Positions 56,501 through 64,000 of a stretch of 64,000 bases of DNA are shown here, in pieces. This DNA comes from the human T2T-CHM13v2.0 reference genome, Homo sapiens, in assembly GCF_009914755.1 (NCBI RefSeq), contig NC_060933.1; one strand, 5' to 3'. Both the position numbers and the translations under genes were made by a program. A model generated the notes under the pieces. It searched no databases. It saw nothing but the letters and a program-made list of their open reading frames with translations, and was not told where the DNA came from. The stretch's first letter is position 1; each line of letters starts with the position of its first letter.

Positions 56501-58100
56501 TGGAAAGGAATAGTATCAACCAGAGTGGAATGAAAGGGAATGGAATGGAATGGAAATTAATAGAATGGAATCAACCCGAGTGGAATGGAATGGAAAGGAC
56601 TGGAATGGAATGGAATGGAATGGAATCAACTCGATTGTAATGGAATGGAATGGAATGGAATGGAATGGAATTAACCCGAATACAATGGAATGGAATGGAA
56701 TGGAATGGAATGGAATGGAGTGGAATGGAATGGAATCAACCCGAGTGCAGGGGAATGGAATGGAATGGAATGCAATGGAATGTAATCATCCGGAATGGAA
56801 TGGAATGGAATGGAATGCAAAGCAATGGAATCAACTCGATTGCAATGGAATGGAATGGAATGGAAAGGAATACATTGGAATCAACCCGAGTGGAATGGAA
56901 TGGAAAGGACTGGAATGGAGTGGAATGGAATGGAATGGAATGGAATGGAATCAACTCGAATGGAATGGAATGGAATGGAATGGAATGGAATTAACCCGAA
57001 TACAATGGAATGGAATGGAATGGAACGGAACGGAATGGAATGGAATGGAATGGAATGGAATGTAATGGAATGGAATGGAATCAACCCGACTGCAGGGGAA
57101 TGGAATGGAATGGAACGCAATGGAATGGATTCAACTTGAATGGAATGGAAAGAATGGAATCAACACGAGTGGAATGGCATGGATTGGAATGGAATGGAAT
57201 GGAATCAACCCGAGTACAGGGGAATGGAATGGAATGGAATGCAATGGAATGGAATCATCCGTAATGGAATGGAAAGGAATGGAATGGAATGGAATGGAAT
57301 GGAATGGAATGGAATGGAATCAAATCGATTGCAATCGAATGGAATGGAATGGAATTAACCCGAATAGAATGGAATGGAATGGAATGGAACGGAACGGAAC
57401 GGAACGGAATGGAATGGATTGGAATGGAATGGAATGGAATGGAATGGAAACAACGCGAGTGCAGGGGAATGGAATGGAATGGTATGCAATGGAATGGAAT
57501 CTTCCGGAATGGAATGGAATGGAATGGAATGGAATGGAATGGAATGGAATAAACCCGAGTGCAATGGAATGCAGTGGAATGGAATGGAATGGAATGGAAC
57601 AACCCGAATGGAATGGAATGTAATGGAGAGTAAGGGAGTTGAATAGAATCAAACCGAATGTAATGGAATGGAATGGAACGGAATGGAATTGAATGGAATG
57701 GAATGGAATGCAATGGAATGGAATCAACCCGAGTGCAATGGAATGGAGAGGAATGGAATGGAATGGAAACTACCCGAATGGAATGGAATGTAATGGAGTG
57801 TAAGGGAATTGAATAGAATCAATCCGAATGTAATGGAATGGAATGGAATGGAATGGAATGGAATAGAATGCAATGGAATGGAATCAACCCGAGTGCAATC
57901 GAATGGAATCGAATGGAATGGAATGCAATGGAATGGATTCAACTTGAATGGAATGGAAAGAATGGAATCAACAGGAGTGGAATGGCATGGATTGGAATGG
58001 AATGGAATGGAATCAACCCGAGTACAGGGGAATGGATTGGAATGAAATGCAATGGAATGGAATCATCCGGAAGGGAATGGAAAGGAATGGAATGGAATGG
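50570..58100 (-). repeat. Tandem duplication, two copies of ~3.76 kb, inside the inverted block
   Basis: Near-identical ORFs at offsets 3758-3768 (50800/54558, 50916/54674, 52078/55846, 53382/57140, 53961/57724). Private variants shared: atcgaaaggactggaatgagtgg, caacacgtgtgg, catcagtaat, gaaaggtatag, caacaggagtgg, catccggaaggg (54301/58064). Confidence 0.9.
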
Positions 58101-59629
58101 AATGGAATGGAATGGAATGGAATGGAATCAACTCGATTGCAATCGAATGGAATGGAATGGAATTAACCCGAATAGAATGGAACGGAATGGAATGGAACGG
58201 AACGGAATGGAATGGAATGGTATGGAATGGAATGGAACGGAACGGAACGGAATGGATGGAATGGAATGGAATGGAATGGAATGGAATCAACGCGAGTGCA
58301 GGGGAATGGAATGGAATGGAATGCAATGGAATGGAATCTTCCGGAATGGAATGGAATGGAATGGAATGGAATGAAATGCAATGGATTCAACTCGAATGCA
58401 ATGGAATGGAATAGAATGGAATGGAATGGAATGGAATGGAATGGAATTAACCCGAATAGAATGGAATGGAATGGAATGGAACGGAATGCAACGGAATGGA
58501 ATGGAATGGAATGGAATGGAATGGAATGGTATGGAATGGAATGGATTGGTACGGAATAGAATGGAATGGAACGAATTGTATTGGAAAGGAATTGAATGGA
58601 ATGGAATGGAATGGAATGGAATCAACGTGAGTGCAGGGGAATGTAATGAAACGGAATGCAGTGGCATGGAATCATCCGGAATGGAATGGAATGGAATGGA
58701 ATGGAATGGAATCAACCCGAGTGCAATGGAATGGAGTGGAATGGAATGGAATGGAATGGAACAACCCGAATGGAATGGAATGTAATGGAGAGTAAGGGAG
58801 TTGAATAGAATCAATCCGAATGTAATGGAATTGAATGCAACGGAATGGAATGGAATGGAATGGAATGCAATGGAATGGAATCAACAAGAGTACAATGGAA
58901 TGGAATGGAATGGAATGGAATGGAATGCCTTCAAACCGAATGGAATGGAAAGGAATGGAATCAACATTAGTGGAATGGAATGGAATGGAATGGAATGGAA
59001 TGGACTGGAATGATACGGAATAGAATGGAATGGAACGAAATGGAATGGAATGGAATGGAATGGAATGGAATGGAATGGAAAGGAATGGAATCTTTCCGAG
59101 TGGAATAGGAGGGAATGTATTCGAGTGGAATGGAAAGGAATGGAATCAACCAGAGTGGAATGGAAGGGCATGGAATGGAATGGAAACTAATAGAATGGAA
59201 TCAACCCGAGTGGAATGGAATGGAAAAGACTGGAATGGAAAGGAATGGAATGGAATAGAATGGAATGGAATGGAATGGAATGGAATGGAATGGAATCAAC
59301 GCGAGTGCAGGGGAATGGAATGGAATCGAATGGAATGGAATGGAATGGAAAGGAATCAACCCGAGTGCAGGGGAATGTAATGGAACGGAATGCAATGGAA
59401 TGGAATCATCCGGCATGGAATGGAATGCAATGGAATGGAATCAACCCGAGTGCAATGGAATGGAGTGGAATGGAATGGAATGGAATGGAACAACCCGAAT
59501 GGAATGGCATGTAATGGAGAGTAAGGGAGTTGAATAGAATCAATTCGAATGTAATGGAATGGAATGCAACGGAATGGAATGGAATGGAATGGAATGGAAT
59601 GGAATGGAATGGAATGCAAAGGAATGGAA

Positions 59630-59890
59630 TCAACCCGAGTGGAATGGCATGGAATGGAATGTAATGGATTGGAATGGAATGGAATCAACTCGAGTGGAAA
59701 CGAATGGAATAGAATGGAAAGGAATGGAATGAAGTCAACTCGAGTGGAATGGAATGGAATGGAATGGATTGGAATGGATTGCAATGGAATGAAATGGAAT
59801 GGAATGGAATGGAATCAATCATGGAAGGGAATGTAATGGAGTGGAAAGAAGGGAATGGAATCAACCCGAGTGGAATGCAAGGCAATGGAA
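59630..59890 (-). repeat. Inverted paralog of the diverged island at 39210-39480
   Basis: gaagtcaactcgagtgg, gtggaaagaagggaatgg and gcaaggcaatgg are reverse complements of the island motifs. ORFs 39214(+) and 59685(-) both begin MPCIPLGLIPFPSFHSITFPS; this copy lacks 12 bp (tccactcggaat). Confidence 0.8.
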
Positions 59891-62800
59891 TGGAATGGAA
59901 AGGAATGGAATGGAATCAACTCGATTGCAATGGAATGGAATGGAATGGAATGGAATGGAATGGAATGGAATGGAATTAACCGGAATAGAATGGAATGGAA
60001 TGGAATGGAAAGGAATGGAACGGAATGGAATGGAATGGAAGGGAATGGAATCAACACGAGTGCAGGGGAATGGAATGGAATGGAATGCAATGAAATGGAA
60101 TCATCCGGAATGGAATGGAATGGAATGGAATCAACTCCATTGCAATGGAATGGAATGGAATGGAATGGAATAGAATGGAATGGAATTAACCCGAATAGAA
60201 TGGAATGCAATAGAATGGAATGCAATGGAACCGAATGGAGTGGAATGGAATGGAATGGAATCAACTCGAGTACAGACGAATGGAATGGAATGGAATGCAA
60301 TGGAATGGAGTCATCCGTAATGGAATGGAAAGGAATGGAATGGAATGGAATGGAATGGAATGGAATGGAATGGAATGGAATAAACTCGATGGCAATCGCA
60401 TGGAATGGAATGGAATTAACCCGAATAGAATGGAATGGAATGGAATGGAACGGAACGGAATGGAATGGAATGGAATGGAATGGAATGGAACGGAACGGAA
60501 TGGAATGGAATGGAATGGAATGGAATCAACGCGAGTACAGGGGAATGGAATGGAATGCAATGCAATGGAATGGAATCTTCCGGAATGGAATGGAATGGAA
60601 TTGAATGGAATGGAATGAAAGGCAATGGGTTCAACTCGATTGCAATGGAATGGAATAGAATGGAATGTAATGGAATGGAATGGAATGGAATGGAATGGAA
60701 TGCCTTCAAACCGAATGGAATGGAAAGGAATGGAATCAACACTAGTGGAAAGGAATGGAATGGAAAGGAATGGAATGGAATGGAATGGTACGGAATAGAA
60801 CGGAATGGAACGAACTGGAATGGAATGGAATGGAATGGAATGGAATGGAATGGAATGGAATCGTTCCGAGTGGAATAGGAGGGAATGTATTCGAGTGGAA
60901 TGGAAAGGAATGGAATCAACCAGAGTGGAATGGAAGGGAATGGAATGTAATGGAAGCTAATAGAATGGAATCAACCCGAGTGGAATGGAATGGAAAGGAC
61001 TGGAATGGAATGGAATGGAATGGAATGGAATGGAATGGAATCAACTCGATTGTAATGGAATGGAATGGAATGGAATGGAATGGAATGGAATGGAATGGAA
61101 TGGAATTAACCCGAATACAATGGAATGGAATGTAATGGAACGGAATGGAGTGGAATGGAATGGAATCAACCCGAGTGCAGGGGAATGGAATGGAATGGAA
61201 TACAATGGAATGGAATCATCCGGAATGGAATGGAATGGAATGGAATGCAAAGCAATGGAATCAACTCGATTGCAATGGAATGGAATGGATTGGAAAGGAA
61301 TACATTGGAATCAACCCGAGTGGAATGGAATGGAAAGGACTGGAATGGAGTGGAATGGAATGGAATGGAATGGAATGGAATCAACTCGATTGGAATGGAA
61401 TGGAATGGAATGGAATGGAATTAACCCGAATAGAATGGAAAGGAACGGAATGGAACGGAACGGAACGGAATGGAATGGAATGGAATGCAATGGAATGGAA
61501 TGGAATGGAATGGAATGGAATCAACCCGACTGCAGGGGAATGGAATGGAATGGAATGCAATGGAATGGATTCAACTTGAATGGAATGGAAAGAATGGAAT
61601 CAACACGAGTGGAATGGCATGGATTGGAATGGAATGGAATGGAATCAACCCGAGTACAGGGGAATGGAATGGAATGGAATGCAATAGAATGGAATCATCC
61701 GTAATGGAATGGAAAGGAATGGAATGGAATGGAATGGAATGGAATGGAATGGAATGGAATGGAATCAACTCGATTGCAATCGAATGGAATGAAATGGAAT
61801 TAACCCGAATGGAATGGAATGGAATGGAATGGAATGGAACGGAACGGAACGGAATGGAATGGAATGGAATGGAATGGAATGGAACGGAAAGGAATGGAAT
61901 GGAATGGAATGGAATGGAATGGAATGGAATGGAATGGAATCAACGCGAGTGCAGGGGAATGGAATGGAATGGAATGCAATGGAATGGAATCTTCCGGAAT
62001 GGAATGGAATGGAATGGAATGCAATGGAATGGAATGGAATGGAATGGAATAAACCCGAGTGCAATGGAATGGAGTGGAATGGAATGGAATGGAATGGAAC
62101 AACCCGAATGGAATGGAATGTAATGGAGAGTAAGGGAGTTGAATAGAGTCAATCGGAATGTAATGGAATGGAATGGAACGGAATGGAATTGAATGGAATG
62201 GAATGGAATGCAATGGAATGGAATCAACCCGAGTGCAATGGAATGGAGAGGAATGGAATGGAATGGAATGGAAACTACCCGAATGGAATGGAAAGTAATG
62301 GACTGTAAGGGAATTGAATAGAATCAATCCGAATGTAATGGAATGGAATGGAACGGAATGGAATGCAATGGAATGGAATGGAATGCAATGGAATGGAATC
62401 AACCCGAGTGCAATCGAATGGAATCGAATGCAATGGAATACAATGGAATGGATTCAACTTGAATGGAATGGAAAGAATGGAATCAACACGAGTGGAAGGG
62501 CATGTATTGGAATGCAATGGAATGGAATCAACCCGAGTACAGGGGAATGGAATGGAATGGAATGCAATGGAATGGAATCATCCGTAATGGAATGGAAAGG
62601 AATGGAATGGAATGGAATGGAATGGAATGGAATGGAATCAACACGATTGCAATCGAATGGAATGGAATGGAATTAACCCGAATAGTATGGAATGGAATGG
62701 AATGAAACGTAATGGAATGGAATGGAATGGAATGGAATGGAATGGAACGGAACAGAAAGGAATGGAATGGAATGGAATGGAATGGAATGGAATGGAATAA

Positions 62801-64000
62801 ACGCGAGTGCAGGGGAATGGCATGGAATGGAATGCAATGGAATGGAATCTCCCTGAATGGAATGGAATGGAATGGAATGAAATGCAATGGATTCAACTCG
62901 ATTGCAATGGAATGGAATAGAATGGAAAGGAATGGAATGGAATGGGATTAACCCGAATAGAATGGAATGGAATGGAATGGAACGGAATGGAATGGAATGG
63001 AATGGAATGCCTTCAAACCGAATGGAATGGAAAGGAATGGAATCAAAACGAGTGCAAAGGAATGGAATGGAAAGGAATGGAATGGAATGGAATGGTACGG
63101 AATAGAACGGAATGGAACGAACTGGAATGGAATGGAATGGAATGGAATGGAATGGAATGGAATGGAATCGTTCCGAGTGGAATAGGAGGGAATGTATTCG
63201 AGTGGAATGGAAAGGAATGGAATCAACCAGAGTGGAATGGAAGGGAATGGAATGGAATGGAAACTAATAGAATGGAATCAACCCGAGTGGAATGGAATGG
63301 AAAGGACTGGAATGGAATGGAATGGAATGGAATGGAATGGAATCAACTCGATTGTAATGGAATGGAATGGAATGGAATGGAATGGAATTAACCCGAATAC
63401 AATGGAATGGAATGGAATGGAACGGAATGGAGTGGAATGGAATGGAATCAACCCGAGTGCAGGAGAATGGAATGGAATGGAATGCAATGGAATGGAATCA
63501 TCCGGAATGGAATGGAATGGAATGGAATCAACACGATTGCAATCGAATGGAATGGAATGGAATTAACCCGAATAGAATGGAATGGAATGGATTGGAACGG
63601 AACGGAATGGAATGGAATGGAATGGAATGGAATGGAATGGAACGGAACCGAACGGAATGGAATGGAATGGAATGGAATGGAATGGAATGGAATGGAATCA
63701 ACGCGAGTGCAGGGGAATGGCATGGAACGGAATGCAATGGAATGGAATCTTCCGGAATGGAATGGAATGGAATGGAATGGAATGGAATGAAATGCAATGG
63801 ATTCAACTCGATTGCAATGGAATGGATTAGAATGGAATGGAATGGAATGGAATGGGATTAACCCGAATAGAATGGAATGGAATGGAATGGAACGGAATGT
63901 AACGGAATGGAATGGAATGGAATGGAATGGAATGGAATGGAATGGAATGGTATGGAATGGAATGGAATGGTACGGAATAGAATGGAATGGAACGAATTGT

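Larger units (their letters stand above)
1..64000. repeat. Human Satellite III (HSat3) tandem array: (CATTC)n with interspersed A(C/T)TCGGGTTG-type decamers
   Basis: Every line consists of CATTC/GAATG pentamers with recurrent in-phase variants (actcgggttg, attcgggtta, aatcgagttg). Pentamer runs plus this decamer define classical satellite 3; HSat2 is instead dominated by CATTCGATTC-type units. No non-satellite sequence seen. Confidence 0.97.
24340..64000. repeat. HSat3 dialect A domain (right), spanning the inversion
   Basis: A-type motifs return (ccaatgtattcc ~24982, cgaatacattccctcc ~25387, ccggaaga ~26066, caagttgaatcc 26455) and continue as reverse complements after 48760. Confidence 0.72.
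48761..64000 (-). repeat. Inverted HSat3 block (GAATG on +)
   Basis: From 48761 the sequence reads gaatggaatg and carries reverse complements of the same motifs (caacccgagt, caactcgattgc, ggattcaacttg, ggaatcttccgg) to the end of the window. Confidence 0.97.

Noticed and set aside
103-63861. Hundreds of ORFs encoding poly-(WNGME) or poly-(IPFHS), up to 414 aa (31905-33149)
   Set aside because: A CATTC/GAATG pentamer repeat has no stop codon in any frame and GAATG supplies ATG constantly. The ORFs overlap in all six frames and have no domain content. Poly-WNGME is known from (TGGAA)n repeat translation in SCA31, but nothing here indicates translation.
1-64000. CRISPR-like alternation of repeats and spacers
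   Set aside because: The apparent spacers are short recurrent in-phase variants of the pentamer, not unique sequences. There is no fixed-length repeat, leader or cas gene.
1-64000. Assignment to HSat2, the Y-chromosome DYZ1 array, or a specific chromosome or subfamily
   Set aside because: CATTCGATTC-type units are sparse, so it is not HSat2. There is no regular homogeneous ~3.5-kb periodicity as in DYZ1. Finer assignment needs a k-mer or alignment search that I cannot run.
1-64000. G-quadruplex or i-motif, tRNA/rRNA, CENP-B box or alpha-satellite sequence
   Set aside because: G-tracts are mostly GG and GGG tracts are isolated. No RNA-gene or 171-bp alphoid sequence is visible.

Overview
The whole 64 kb window is human-type classical Satellite III (HSat3) DNA: a diverged (CATTC)n/(GAATG)n pentamer array interspersed with the A(C/T)TCGGGTTG-type decamer, typical of hominid pericentromeric or acrocentric short-arm heterochromatin. 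I see no genes, RNA genes, transposons, CRISPR arrays or unique sequence; the ORFs (poly-WNGME / poly-IPFHS) are artefacts of a 5-bp repeat with no stop codons. The array does have internal structure. (1) A sharp strand inversion at 48760 sits in the centre of a ~99-bp near-perfect palindrome, and private variants suggest the inverted block is a roughly colinear mirror paralog of the sequence to its left. (2) Two sequence dialects alternate: A at ~1-3990 and ~24340-64000, B at ~3990-24340. (3) There are recent tandem duplications of ~95 bp, ~0.75 kb, ~2.97 kb and ~3.76 kb. (4) Dialect A has a loose higher-order unit made of long and short sub-blocks. (5) A recurrent dialect-A variant, ATTCCGGAAGATTCC, is a perfect three-unit heat-shock element. 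I found no evidence of a new protein-coding system. All comparisons were made by eye, so boundaries and counts are approximate, and chromosome and subfamily cannot be assigned without a search.
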